DNA from: Acidobacteriota bacterium
GTDB taxonomy: Bacteria; Acidobacteriota; UBA890; WLXD01
Direction: 5' to 3'
Length of the DNA stretch: 64,000 nucleotides
Assembly: GCA_965248695.1 (NCBI GenBank)
Contig: CBDFKD010000002.1
Span: 2,784,001-2,848,000, forward strand
The notes below the pieces were generated by a model. It saw only the letters and a program-made list of their open reading frames with translations. It ran no database searches and was not told the origin of the DNA. The position numbers and the translations under genes were made by a program. Within the stretch, counting starts at the first letter, position 1. Every line of letters starts with the position of its first letter. Of this stretch, positions 16,766 to 27,468 are shown piece by piece.

Positions 16766-18181
16766 CTACCCGCGCCAAAGGCCCTCCTGCACCAAGTCGT
16801 CGACCGTCGCCTCGATGCTCTGCCGCAACACCTCGACGATGGTGTCGATCTGCTCGAGCGTCAGGATCAGCGGCGGCGACAGCACGTTCAGGTGACCCAG
16901 CGGCCGCACGAGCAGGCCACGAGCCTGAGCGTGTGCCGCGATCCGATTGCCGACCCCGACCTCCGCCGGCAACAGCTCCTTGGTCTCCTTGTCGGCCACG
17001 TTCTCGATGCAAAGCATGAAGTCCTTGCCGCGCACGTCGCCGACGATCGGTGAGTCCATCAGCGTCGCGAGCCTCTTCTCGAACTCCGGACCGACCTCGC
17101 GCACGTGGGCGCAGATCTCCTCGCGCTCCATGATCTCGATGTTCTTCACCCCGGCGGCGCACGAGACCGGATGCCCCGAGTAGGTGAACCCGTGGGTGAA
17201 CAGCGCCCCCTCCGCCTGCGGCACGCTGATGACGTCGTAGATCTCCTTCGACAGGATGGTCGCCGACAGCGGCACGTAGCCCGAGGTCAGCCCCTTGGCG
17301 CAGGTAATGATGTCGGGCACGAAGTCGAACACCGGCTCGGAGGCGAACATATGGCCCAGCCGTCCGAAGCCGGTCACCACCTCGTCGGAGATGTAGAGCA
17401 CGCCGTACTTGCGGCAGACCGCGAGCGTGCGGCGGTGGTAGCCGGGCGGTGGCACGATGACGCCACCGGCGCCCATGATGGGCTCGGCAATGAAGCAGGC
17501 GACGTTGTCCGGGCCCAGCTGCAGGATCGCGTCTTCCAGCTCCGCAACCTGCTGGTCGCAGAATTCATCGAGCGTCATGCCGGCGGGCCGCCGATAACAG
17601 TTGGGGGCGGAGACGTGATGCACCAGCTCGGTGTCGACGTCGAAGCCCTCATGGTCCGCCATCACCCCGGTCATCGACATCGCCAGGTAGGTGCTGCCGT
17701 GGTAGCCGTCGACGCGCGAGATGATCTTCTTCTTGGTGTGCTTGCCGAGCCGGTTGAAGTAGTAGTGGATGATGCGCACCGCCGTGTCGTTGGCCATCGA
17801 GCCGCCGGTGCCGAAGAAGATGTGGTCGAGGGTGCCGGGAGCCAGCTCGGCGAGCTTGGCCGCGAGCTCCGCCGCCGGTGGCGTGGCCAGGTGACCGAAG
17901 GTCGAGTAGTAGGGAATGCGGCGCGCCTGCTCACCGATGGCGGCGGCCATCTCCTCGTTGCCGTAGCCGATGTTGACGCACCACAACCCGCCGATCGCGT
18001 CCAGATACCGCGTGCCCTCGGAGTCGAGGACGTAGGCACCCTCCGACTCGGTCATGATAATCGAGCCTTCCTCCTTGAAGACGGAGAAATCCGTCCACGG
18101 GTGGATCGAGTGGTCGCGATCCTTGCGCCACAGCTCCTGCGTGTCGTGAGCGCGGGCGGCTTCCTCGAGGTGCTTCATCAT
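16766..18181 (-). CDS. Class III PLP aminotransferase (omega-amine:pyruvate type)
   Basis: GGLWCVNIGYG, YHGST, FIAEPIMGAGG, DEVVTGFGRLG and CAKGLTSGYVP. Confidence 0.95.
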   Translation of the reverse strand: MMKHLEEAARAHDTQELWRKDRDHSIHPWTDFSVFKEEGSIIMTESEGAYVLDSEGTRYLDAIGGLWCVNIGYGNEEMAAAIGEQARRIPYYSTFGHLATPPAAELAAKLAELAPGTLDHIFFGTGGSMANDTAVRIIHYYFNRLGKHTKKKIISRVDGYHGSTYLAMSMTGVMADHEGFDVDTELVHHVSAPNCYRRPAGMTLDEFCDQQVAELEDAILQLGPDNVACFIAEPIMGAGGVIVPPPGYHRRTLAVCRKYGVLYISDEVVTGFGRLGHMFASEPVFDFVPDIITCAKGLTSGYVPLSATILSKEIYDVISVPQAEGALFTHGFTYSGHPVSCAAGVKNIEIMEREEICAHVREVGPEFEKRLATLMDSPIVGDVRGKDFMLCIENVADKETKELLPAEVGVGNRIAAHAQARGLLVRPLGHLNVLSPPLILTLEQIDTIVEVLRQSIEATVDDLVQEGLWRG

Positions 18182-18202
18182 CAGCTCCGGGTTGTTGCTC
18201 GC

Positions 18203-18874
18203 TCACGGGTCGCCGGGCACGCCGTACGACGGTGCTTCGCTCGGGTCGAGTGCGCGGGTGACATAGGACTCCAGCTGCGGCTCGTACTCGCGCCAAAGCA
18301 CACCCAGCTGAGGGATCGGGTCGGTGTCCCAGTCGACGCGCAGATCGACGATCGGCCACGACACCTCGTGCGCCACCAGCAGCCCGGCGGAGCGCACCGG
18401 TCCCTCCTCACCGCCTGCCGCCAGCCCGGCCTCGAGGGCCGCCAGCAACCGCGAGGCGAGATGACCCTCGGATGCCTCGAAGCCGCGCACCATCGCCGAA
18501 GGAACCCCGCGGCTGGCCAGCAGGTTGCCGATAGCGACGCAGTCATGCCCCTCCGCCGCCGCGTGCCGCCCCAGGGTGCGCTCACCGCTGAAATGCGCCA
18601 CCCCTCCGTCCGTGTCGACGAGGGCCAGCTGTCGCCACGCAGCGTGCGGCGCCGAGTCCACCAGGGTGCCAAGCGCCTGCTCGGCCGGCCTCCCTTGTTC
18701 CAGCAGATCGAGGCCGCGCTCACCGAGGCTCGGATCGGTGATGTTCTGACTCAACGCGGCGCCAGCACCGGAACGCACGAAGGCGCAACGCGCCGCCACG
18801 CAGATGCTCGACGACGACACCGTCACCCCGACCATCCCGGTGCGCGCGCAACGGGCCGCGATTGACATCGTCAT
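18203..18874 (-). CDS. DUF1028-family (Ntn-hydrolase-like) protein
   Basis: MTMSIAARC..TG..GV.VSSSS..VAARC, GNLL, AGGEEGPVRSAG and DLRVDW. Confidence 0.85.
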   Translation of the reverse strand: MTMSIAARCARTGMVGVTVSSSSICVAARCAFVRSGAGAALSQNITDPSLGERGLDLLEQGRPAEQALGTLVDSAPHAAWRQLALVDTDGGVAHFSGERTLGRHAAAEGHDCVAIGNLLASRGVPSAMVRGFEASEGHLASRLLAALEAGLAAGGEEGPVRSAGLLVAHEVSWPIVDLRVDWDTDPIPQLGVLWREYEPQLESYVTRALDPSEAPSYGVPGDP

Positions 18875-19308
18875 TCGCGTCGCCCGTTGGCCGATCGGCC
18901 GGACTCGGCAATCACCGCGATCACATCGATCTCGACCAGCCAGTCGGTCGAGGCGAGGCCATCGACGATGAGCCCGGTGGACACCGGAAACACACCCTTC
19001 AGCCAGCTGCCGATGGTGCGGTAGACCGGCCCGCGATACGCCCGGTCGGTGAGATAGACAGTGATCTTGCACACATCGGCGAGCTCGCTTCCTGCCTCCT
19101 GGAGCAACTGCGCGACGTTGCGCATCGCCTGGTCGGCCTGAGCAGCGCAGTCGCCGATGCCCGCCGTGTTGCCTTCCAGGTCGGTGCCCACCTGGCCGCG
19201 CAGGAACACGATGTTGCCGGCGACAACGACCTGACACAGGTCGTTGTCGAGATCCTGGTCCGGATAGGTGTCGCGAGTGTTGAACTTGCGCAGCCTCGTA
19301 TGTGTCAT
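18871..19308 (-). CDS. RidA-family protein
   Basis: HTRLRKFNTRDTYP...FLRGQVG...PVSTGLIV...LVEID. Confidence 0.9.
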   Translation of the reverse strand: MTHTRLRKFNTRDTYPDQDLDNDLCQVVVAGNIVFLRGQVGTDLEGNTAGIGDCAAQADQAMRNVAQLLQEAGSELADVCKITVYLTDRAYRGPVYRTIGSWLKGVFPVSTGLIVDGLASTDWLVEIDVIAVIAESGRSANGRRE

Positions 19309-19341
19309 GCCACACGTTCCCCGAGTCCGGATGGTCTGGCG

Positions 19342-20790
19342 CTACGACTCCCGATCAGACAGCCCGGCCGCCTTCTTGACGAGATCCAGCGGACCGGAAA
19401 AGTCGAAGTTGTTGTACACCGCCGCCAGGTGAGCGAACGGCGGCGACTGGGCAAACAGCTCGAAGGTCACCCGGTGACCGGCGTAGTCGGAGTTGATGAG
19501 ATCGCGCGCGTAGGCCAGCAGCTTGCGGCGATCCTCCGCCACCCAGTTGTCGTTGACGTTGTAGTACTTCTCCAGCCACGGTCCGATCTCCGGCGCAGCG
19601 AACGACTGGCTGTCGGGCGTGATGCAAATCTGACCGCCACACAGCTCGCGCGCCAGATGCACGATGGCTGGAAGCTGGCTGCACGCCAGCACTCGGCCGG
19701 TGTACAGGAGCGACTGATTCGGCATCAGCAGACCGGCCGGGCTGCGCTCACCGTGAGCGATCGCCGCCGTCAGGTGGGCGTTGATCCCCTCCCGATAGCA
19801 CGCCATGGAAGCCAGTTTCTCGCGCACCGCCTGCTGCTTGTCGGTGCCGGTCTGGCGAACGTTGAACAGCGCCGTACCGATCAACAGATCGGCGATGGTC
19901 AGGATGCGCTGCACGAACGGAAAGGCGCTGTAGCGATGCAATGTGGCGCGAATGAACGCCGCGGCGCGCGTGTGGCGGTGGAATAGAACGTCCTCCCACG
20001 GGATCAGCACGTCGTCGAAGATCATCAGCGAGTCGACCTCGTCGAAGCGGCTGGCGATCGGATAGTCGGCGGCGGCGCCGCGCTCGGCGAACCCCGACCG
20101 GCACAGGTGCTTCAGGCCGGCGGCGTTCATCGGCACGATGAAGCCAACCGCGTAGTCGGACAGCTCGGCATCGCCCCAGTTGGCGATCGTCGGTTTGGCA
20201 AACGCCTGGTTGGAATAGGCCGAGGCGGTCTCGTACTTGGCCCCCCGCACCACAATGCCGGCATCAGTCTCGCGCACCACGTGCAGCAACATGTCCGGGT
20301 CCTGGTCCTGCGGCGCTTTCGAGCGATCGCCCTTGGGATCGGTGTTGGCCGACACATGGAACGGAACGCCCACCAGCGCGTGCTGAATGTGGCGCTCGAT
20401 ATTGCTGGCAAACCGCGGGTCGATCTCGGCAAGCACGTCGGTGCCGTCGAACAGCGACCACATCTCGCCGATGGTCTCGTCGCCGACCCGAATCACCACG
20501 CCGCCGATGTCGCCCATCACCGCGTCGACCGCACGTCGCTTGTCGTGCCAGTCGCGTTCCACCTTCGGCAACTTCAACGCGATGGCATTCGTCTCGCCAG
20601 TATCGTCATCGACGTAGCTCATCACCTCGCGGTGCTGCTCTTCGTGCGCCATGTCGTAGATGCGCGCCCGCACGTCGACGATCGGCTTGAAGGCGGGATG
20701 GATGGGAACGTCGTCGACCCGCTCGCCGTCGATCCACACCTCGCGATCGTCACGGATCGACTCCACGTACTGCTCGGCGGTTCGGATCAC
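19342..20790 (-). CDS. HpaB/4-hydroxyphenylacetate 3-monooxygenase-family oxygenase component
   Basis: YVESIRDDREVWIDGERV..HPAF, DPKGDRS, GIVVRGAK and SRFDEVDS..IFDDVLIPWE. Confidence 0.9.
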   Translation of the reverse strand: MIRTAEQYVESIRDDREVWIDGERVDDVPIHPAFKPIVDVRARIYDMAHEEQHREVMSYVDDDTGETNAIALKLPKVERDWHDKRRAVDAVMGDIGGVVIRVGDETIGEMWSLFDGTDVLAEIDPRFASNIERHIQHALVGVPFHVSANTDPKGDRSKAPQDQDPDMLLHVVRETDAGIVVRGAKYETASAYSNQAFAKPTIANWGDAELSDYAVGFIVPMNAAGLKHLCRSGFAERGAAADYPIASRFDEVDSLMIFDDVLIPWEDVLFHRHTRAAAFIRATLHRYSAFPFVQRILTIADLLIGTALFNVRQTGTDKQQAVREKLASMACYREGINAHLTAAIAHGERSPAGLLMPNQSLLYTGRVLACSQLPAIVHLARELCGGQICITPDSQSFAAPEIGPWLEKYYNVNDNWVAEDRRKLLAYARDLINSDYAGHRVTFELFAQSPPFAHLAAVYNNFDFSGPLDLVKKAAGLSDRES

Positions 20791-20968
20791 GGTCGAGACT
20801 CACCCTCGCTGGCGCAATTCGCTCTGGTAATCGCCACGATGCGGCATCCAAACAAAGACCGGCGACCTTGTCCACCACCATTACCTGGAACCTGAGGTCA
20901 CGCCACAGAATCGGCTATTCTTCCGGACCACCGCATCAGTGCAAATGAGCTACGAAAGCAGGAGAGGC

Positions 20969-22526
20969 ATGGTGAACACTGAACAGGATCACGCCGGAGG
21001 CCCAAGCGGCCTCAGCAGCCGCGGACGGATAGCCGGCTCGCTCCCATCGTTGGCCGCCGCAACAGTCCTGGTCATGGCGCTGCCGATGTCGACCGTGGCC
21101 AACCCACAGGCCGGCCCGCCTGTCCGAGACGCACGACAAACGCCACGTGCCTATCGCATGGCCTCCCGGCAGCTCATGTTGCCCGGAATCGTCGGGCGGC
21201 ACTCCGGGCACGATGTCAACATGATCGCCCGCATCCTCAACGTGGCGAATCGCGAGATCGACATCGCCATCGAGCTCATCGAGCGCGACGAAAAAACCCC
21301 CGCCGTCATCCTGAGACATAAGCTCGCAAGGCGCGCACTGCTGGCGATCCATGGCGACAGGGAGCTCGATCCCGGCTTCATCGGTGCCATGACGATCAGC
21401 TCCAATAAACCAGTCGTCGCCATTGTCAACCTGGGGCCCCGCCTTGGGCCTACCGGCACTGCCATCGGCTACAACCCCACCCACGCCGGCGGATCGTCGA
21501 TCCTCACCCAGAATCGACACGGCAAGGGCTTCATGACGTTCTCCCAGCTGGTCAACTTCGAGAGGCAGGAGGTGTCGGCGAACCTCTTCGGCAACGACGG
21601 CAACAACAACGGGTGGTAACTGGGGTACGAAGATCGCGCCGGGGGGCAACTGGTTTCGGAGCGTCGGCGAGATTTTCCAGACCGGCGGAGCCGTGCAGCC
21701 ACTATCGATCTTCAACGCCGTTGCGCCGACCGACAAGGTGGGCTCCGGGGCGATTATCCAGGACACCAAGACCGGCGATATGTACTGGAACCCGGCCACG
21801 TTCCAGCACATCGCGGGTCAGCGCATCATCCTGCCGCGCCTCGTCAACTTCAACGGCGAGACGTCGACGCTGTTTGTTCAGAACCATGGGGCTACGGCGG
21901 TCAACGTGCACGTGACCCGGCATACGGGGCCGGCGCAGTCGACCACCACCGATTTTCCACTCATCCTCAACGAGCTCATGATCATCGAGGATTTCGGAGG
22001 CCACGATGACCCTGGCGGCGACTTCCTGCCCTGGGTCGAGATCTTCGGAACAACCAACGGCCTGCGCGGAGCCGAGGATGCCTTCCTAAGCGCCGTGCTG
22101 ACGACCGACCAGACCCCGCCCGGGCGCATCGCCAGCGCCGACTCCGGCGCCCGCGGCGTCAAGTCGGGCAACTTCCACACGCTGGTGCCCTCGTGGACGG
22201 AGGAGTACGGCGCCAACAAGCGCGCCGTGGCGTTCGGAGCCACGGCCTCCGACAGCTCCACCGTAAGCTTCTGCGCGCTCAACATCGGACCCAAGCCGGC
22301 GCGCGTGAAGGTGGTGGTGCGCGATGCCGACGGCAAGCGAGTGTTCTCCAAGGCCGTCGACGTCGGCGCCAACGAGACCGTCGACGTGCCGTTCCCGAGT
22401 CGCGTACAGGGCGAGAATCTGTACGTCGACGCCAAGATCTCCAAATCGGGACCGGTGTTCACCTACCTGCGCGAGGAACGCGACACCGGCGAAACCAACT
22501 ACATTCCGGGAATCGCGCTGAAGTAA
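20969..22526 (+). pseudogene. Secreted hypothetical protein, single frameshift near 21612
   Basis: ORF 20939-21619 continues as GGNWGTKIAPGG... into ORF 21693-22526 if one G of the GGG run is removed. Confidence 0.6.
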
Positions 22527-22532
22527 CGCGGC

Positions 22533-23153
22533 ATGCGACAGCGACACTTCATCGACACTCACAAGGTCGCCACCGGCCCCGCCGTGCTCGGCATGATGGC
22601 CTGGCATTCCTCCTGGGATCACGCCACCGCCTGGATTTACCTCGCGCTGCACGGAACCTACGGGTTGCTGTGGGTCTGGAAAAGCCGCACCTTTCCCGAC
22701 AAGAGCTGGGAGGAGCGCTGCACGGTGGTCTACGGCCTGACGATCTGGGCCGGGCTGTCGCTGTACTGGATCGCCCCGTGGATCGTGACCTCCGGTGGCG
22801 TCGAGCCGGCCCCGTGGTATCTGGCTGCCTGCATCACGCTGTGGGGCCTCGGCGTGTTCCTACACTTCGCCTCCGACATGCACAAGAACATCGCACTGCA
22901 GCTGCAGCCCGAGCACCTCGTACACACCGGCCTCTGGGCCCGTTGCCGCAACCCCAATTACCTGGGCGAGCTGTTCATCTACCTGGGCTTCGGCCTGCTT
23001 GCGATGCACTGGTTGCCGATGCTGGTGATCGGGCTGTTCCTGGTGGCGGTGTGGATCCCAAACATGCTCAAGAAGGATCGATCGCTGGCGCGCTACCCGG
23101 AGTTCGAGGCCTACAAGGCGCGCAGCTGGTTCCTGCTGCCGCCGCTGATCTGA
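22533..23153 (+). CDS. DUF1295/steroid-5-alpha-reductase-like membrane protein
   Basis: GLWARCRNPNYLGELFIY. Confidence 0.85.
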   Translation: MRQRHFIDTHKVATGPAVLGMMAWHSSWDHATAWIYLALHGTYGLLWVWKSRTFPDKSWEERCTVVYGLTIWAGLSLYWIAPWIVTSGGVEPAPWYLAACITLWGLGVFLHFASDMHKNIALQLQPEHLVHTGLWARCRNPNYLGELFIYLGFGLLAMHWLPMLVIGLFLVAVWIPNMLKKDRSLARYPEFEAYKARSWFLLPPLI

Positions 23154-23356
23154 TCGCAGGCAGATTCAACATCGTCGCGCTGATCGACCGCCGCGCCGAG
23201 TCCTGCGCGAGCCCGAGCTGCTCGTGCAGAGTGTGCGCCGTTCACAGCCCCTTGGTCTTCGGGACACAGAAAAACAGCGACGCGCGCCGGACGGGCCGAT
23301 GATGGCCTCGCTGCCACAGGAGGGTCCAATGCAGGCGCCTAGAAATACGCGGCGCA

Positions 23357-24136
23357 ATGCTAGTGGCTGCCGGCGCCGTGTCGCTTTCGTCGCTCCTCGA
23401 GCTCTCCGCGCTAGCGGAGCCTACCGCTGGCTCAGCGGGTGAGCCGATCATCCGCAAGGTGGGTATCAGCGACGATGAGACGCAGATGCTCATCTACGCT
23501 AGGAATTTGTGTGCCAATCCCGTAGTGATGCTGTCGACGATCGAGTTGGAGGTCGATATCTGTCGACTTGGGTCACCCCAGCTGATCATCGCGGACTTGC
23601 CTGAGCACATCGATCCGGCAGGTTACAGGCTGTGAGTGGATTGCGGCGTCAACAGCCGTGGCAATGGCATGCTCGGCTACGTCTTCGTCGGCGGCGGTGG
23701 CGCTGTCCTGGGTACGCAGGGTCCGCAGGGTCCCAGGGGTTTTCCGGGCAGCGACGACGCCGACGGCATGGACGGCGCTGATGGCCAGGACGGTGCCGTT
23801 GGAGCGACCGGGCCGATGGGCCCCCCAGGAGCGCCAGGGCCCCCCGGCCCGGTTGGAGTGAGCGAGTATCAAAGGGTCGCCGGTACCTGCACGGCAATCC
23901 CCCCCACCAGGGCGAACGGAGTCCAAGCCACCTGCCCGGCCGGCACGAAAGCACTTGGTGGCGGCGTCTTCTGGTACGACGATGCAGCTTGCACTATCCC
24001 GGCAATCGACCTTACCCTGCAGGTCAGCAGCAGCGGGCCCACCAGCGACACGCTATGGGATGCCGGGGTCTTGAACAACGATCGCGGGGTCACCCTGTAC
24101 GCGCAGGCCAGGGCCATCTGCGCCATTGTCGGCTGA
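23357..24136 (+). pseudogene. Secreted collagen-like (Gly-X-Y) protein with an in-frame TGA at 23633
   Basis: Two same-frame ORFs separated only by TGA; GPQGPRGFPG...GPMGPPGAPGPPGP; CPAGTKALGGG C-terminal domain. Confidence 0.65.
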
Positions 24137-24422
24137 GCGCGGTTCAGCGCCCAGCGAATTGGGTCGGTGCGTTTTCTGGCCGCAGCTGATCTGAGATGCG
24201 CTGGACCCACTACGTCCGCAACGGCGCACGGCGACGCTGCCCGCGCTGTGGCCGGGAGCCGCTGTTTCGCCGCTGGAATCATCTGCGCAACGGCTGCACC
24301 GCTTGCGGCCTCCGCTACCTGATCAACCCCGGCGACCCTGGGCCTAGCTGCTGGTGATCGATCGCGGCGCGCTGATCCTGCCGCCTATCGGGCTGATCTA
24401 CTTCGGCCTGCTGCCACGCGAC

Positions 24423-24540
24423 CCGCGGTGGATCGTGGCTATCTTCGCCGTCTACATCGCGGCGGTCGTCTATACCGCACCAAATCGCTACGGCATCTGC
24501 ATCGCGTTGGACGTGTTGACGCGCGGCGAGGACGGCGAAC
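24423..24540 (+). repeat. Diverged direct repeat (membrane-protein 3' fragment), copy 1
   Basis: Encodes PRWIVA.FA..IAA..YT.P.RY.ICIALDVLTRGEDGE; second copy at ~25918-26031. Confidence 0.8.
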
Positions 24541-24556
24541 GCCGCCGCTGATCTGA

Positions 24557-25720
24557 CTACAGGCAGGGTCCCGGATCGCCTACCTCGTCGCCGCCCACCG
24601 GGCCGGCCTCTTCCGGTAGACCCTCTTCCTCACCGAGAGACGTCAACGATCCGTCGGATTGGATCGCAAAAGCGCCTATCGTGCCGCTACCCGCGTTGCT
24701 CACGTACATATAACGACCGCCGCGAGCAATGGCCAAGTCGTTTGGACCCAGTCCCGGAATCGCGACCACACCGTCGAAGAGCTCGAGTTGCCCGCTGTTG
24801 GGGTCGACTTTGTAGCCACTGATGGTGCCGGAGTCCCTGTTGGTGGTGTAGGTGAAGCCGCTCTTGCTGTCATGGGCGAGCGCGCCAGTCTCGGTCTGGG
24901 AGTTGTCCACCGAACCCGAGATCACATCCAGCGCTCCGTTGGGTCCCACCCGGTACGACGACACGGCCCCCGCCGCGCCCGTGCCGACCGGGAAGTTGCC
25001 GAACGCCTCGGCTACGAGCAGCCGGTTCCGACGTGCGAAGGCGCAGCCGAAGGGCGTGTTGCCGTTGGAAATGTTCATCACCGGGTTGGCGCTGGGAGAG
25101 CCAAACTGACTCATGCCGTAGATGCGAATGCTGTTGTCACCCTTGATCGTCACAGCCAGCAGGTTACCGGCACGATTGAAACTGACCTGCGCGGGAGAGA
25201 CGAGAAAGAACGGCGGGTTCTCCCCATTCAAGTTCAGGTCCCGTGTCGTGCCGGAAAGTGGTTCGAGCCTGTCCTCGCCGAAGTTGAAACCCGTGATGTT
25301 GGCTGAACCCCCGGTGTTGAGAACGAAGAGCCATCCCTTCGCCATAGTCAGGCTCGCGGGGGCCTGACCCCCCGATTTGATCGTCTGAACGACTTCCAGC
25401 CCCGACTTGCTGGCGCGCATGACCGTGATGCTGTTGCTCTTGGAGTTGGCGGCGAACAGCCAGCGACCGCTCTTGGTGACCGGGAAGCGCTTCCGCGCGC
25501 CGAGCCCGTCCGGGGTGTCAACGCCACGGCCGCCAGTGCGGAAGTCTGCGAAATGGGTTAGTGATCCATCCGCGTTGCGGTCGAAAACGACGATCTCGTT
25601 CCTGCGCTGGTTGCTCATTGCGTAGACGCGATCGCGCCAGCCAGCTTCGGCCGGCGAGTAGCTCGCCGTCGCAACCAGCATGCCGAGGGCTAAACTCGGT
25701 ACGAGTATCTTGCGATGCAC
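24557..25720 (-). CDS. Lactonase-family (6-phosphogluconolactonase-like) beta-propeller, secreted
   Basis: VYAMSN...IVVFDRNADGSL, LFAANSKSNSITV and YVSNAGSGTIGAFAI repeats. Confidence 0.85.
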   Translation of the reverse strand: MHRKILVPSLALGMLVATASYSPAEAGWRDRVYAMSNQRRNEIVVFDRNADGSLTHFADFRTGGRGVDTPDGLGARKRFPVTKSGRWLFAANSKSNSITVMRASKSGLEVVQTIKSGGQAPASLTMAKGWLFVLNTGGSANITGFNFGEDRLEPLSGTTRDLNLNGENPPFFLVSPAQVSFNRAGNLLAVTIKGDNSIRIYGMSQFGSPSANPVMNISNGNTPFGCAFARRNRLLVAEAFGNFPVGTGAAGAVSSYRVGPNGALDVISGSVDNSQTETGALAHDSKSGFTYTTNRDSGTISGYKVDPNSGQLELFDGVVAIPGLGPNDLAIARGGRYMYVSNAGSGTIGAFAIQSDGSLTSLGEEEGLPEEAGPVGGDEVGDPGPCL

Positions 25721-25917
25721 TTCAACCTCCTAGCGGTCGAGTCGTCTCGTCTTACGTACCCTGGATGGTAACCGAGGCCTGCGCTTGCACGGCGTGAGCA
25801 TCATCCCGCCCCTATCGGCTGACCTTCCCGGGCCGATTCCGCGGCACTACCGTGAACGCCCCGATCACAGAACGCAGCCGGGGTAGCTACATAAGCAACA
25901 GTGCTCGGCGGCGGTGC

Positions 25918-26031
25918 CCGCGGTGGATCGTGGCTCTGTTCGCCGCCTTCATCGCGGCGATCTACACCACGCCGCATCGCTACCGCATCTGCATCGCGTT
26001 GGACGTGTTGACGCGCGGCGAGGACGGCGAA
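25918..26031 (+). repeat. Diverged direct repeat, copy 2
   Basis: Shares GCATCTGCATCGCGTTGGACGTGTTGACGCGCGGCGAGGACGGCGAAC exactly with copy 1. Confidence 0.8.
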
Positions 26032-26035
26032 CCCT

Positions 26036-26290
26036 CTACTTGACCGTCGCGCTGACCGTCTTGTTGGCCGCCTGGAGGTCGCCGTCGGTCGGAGTGACAG
26101 TGCGCTCCAGCCGATCGCCCTTCTTGAACTGATCGACGGCGAGGGCATCGGCGTGTGCCGCGATGGTGACCTCGCGGACCACCTTGCCGTTGACCGTCCA
26201 GACGTATTCGTAGGACACGATCGTGTAGTCCGGATCGTCATTCACCAACGCGTGCTTGATCTGACAGAAAGGCACGATCCCGGTCGCCGG
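26036..26290 (-). pseudogene. Orphan C-terminal fragment paralogous to the M23 protein at 27469-29004
   Basis: VPFCQI.H.L..DDPDY..VSY.YVWTVN..VVR.VTIAAHADALAVDQF.KGDRLE. Confidence 0.85.
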
Positions 26291-26543
26291 TGTCGCGATC
26301 GACCTTCTTGTCTGGTCGGCAGCGATTCTCCGTTCATTTCGCGTCTCGCAGGTGGGGGCCGCTGCTGTGGCCGCTGGAGCCGATCAACCCGATGTGCTCC
26401 CCGGCCACGAGCATGTCTCGAGCCTTACGGGCGACGACGACAACTATCCGATCAGCTATCCTTCCCGAACACTCATCGGTGCTCGACAAGCACACGCTGT
26501 AACTTCCCATCGACTCAACGCAGGTACCACAGGGAGAAACACA

Positions 26544-26657
26544 TTGGGCAAGGGCGACCCGCGCACCAAGCGCGGCAAGATATTCATGGGCTCGCACGGC
26601 AAGAAGCGGCCGAAGGCCACGAGCAAGAAGAAGAAGACCAGCGGCTCCAAGAAGTAG
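26544..26657 (+). CDS. thx: 30S ribosomal protein Thx (bS31/bTHX)
   Basis: TTG start after a GGGAG RBS; MGKGDPRTKRGKIFMGSHGKKRP matches the Thx signature. Confidence 0.85.
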   Translation: MGKGDPRTKRGKIFMGSHGKKRPKATSKKKKTSGSKK

Positions 26658-26666
26658 GGAGCCGCA

Positions 26667-27452
26667 ATGAGCGACATTCCGGCGACCGACCTCATGGCCG
26701 GCAAGAAGGGCCTGATCGTCGGTGTGGCCAACCAACGCTCGATAGCCTGGGGCATCGCCCGTCGGGCCGCCGCGGCCGGGGCGCAGCTGGCGTTCACCTA
26801 CCAGGGGGAGGCGCTGCTCAAGCGCGTGCAGCCACTGGCCGAGTCGATCGGCAGCGACGTGCTGGTGCCCATGGACGTCACCGACGAAGCTCAGGTGGAC
26901 GGCGCGTTCGCCCAGGTGCAGGACGGCCTCGGCGGCCTCGACTTCCTGGTGCACTCCATCGCCTACGCCGAGCGCGAGGACCTCAAGGGTCGCACCATCG
27001 ACACTTCCCGCGAGGGCTTCCTCAAGGCCATGGAGATCAGCGTCTACTCGCTGCTGCTGCTGGCCCGCAAGGCCGAGCCGCTGATGACCGACGGCGGCAG
27101 CATCGTGGCGATGACCTACTACGGCTCGGTGAAGGCAGTGCCCAACTACAACGTCATGGGCATCGCCAAGGCCGGACTCGAGGCCTCGGTGCGCTACCTG
27201 GCGCTTGATCTGGGCGAGAAGAACATCCGCGTCAACGCCATCTCGGCCGGCCCCATCAAGACCCTGGCCGCCTCGGGTGTGTCAGGACTGCGCGGCATGC
27301 TCGCCGCGATGGCCGAGCGCGCGCCGCTGCGGCGCAACGTGGACACGGACGACGTCGGCGCCGCCGGTCTGTATCTGCTGTCCGACCTCGCCAAGGGAGT
27401 CACCGGCGAAGTGCACTACGTCGACGCGGGGCTCAGCACCACGGCGATGTGA
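26667..27452 (+). CDS. fabI: Enoyl-ACP reductase
   Basis: [39 protein letters not shown] and [13 protein letters not shown]. Confidence 0.97.
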   Translation: MSDIPATDLMAGKKGLIVGVANQRSIAWGIARRAAAAGAQLAFTYQGEALLKRVQPLAESIGSDVLVPMDVTDEAQVDGAFAQVQDGLGGLDFLVHSIAYAEREDLKGRTIDTSREGFLKAMEISVYSLLLLARKAEPLMTDGGSIVAMTYYGSVKAVPNYNVMGIAKAGLEASVRYLALDLGEKNIRVNAISAGPIKTLAASGVSGLRGMLAAMAERAPLRRNVDTDDVGAAGLYLLSDLAKGVTGEVHYVDAGLSTTAM

Positions 27453-27468
27453 CGCAAGGGAGGCCCTC

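Noticed and set aside
17105-18865. Long antisense ORFs (also 7192-8712, 29279-30886, 59987-61546)
   Set aside because: Shadow ORFs of high-GC codon usage opposite recognisable genes.
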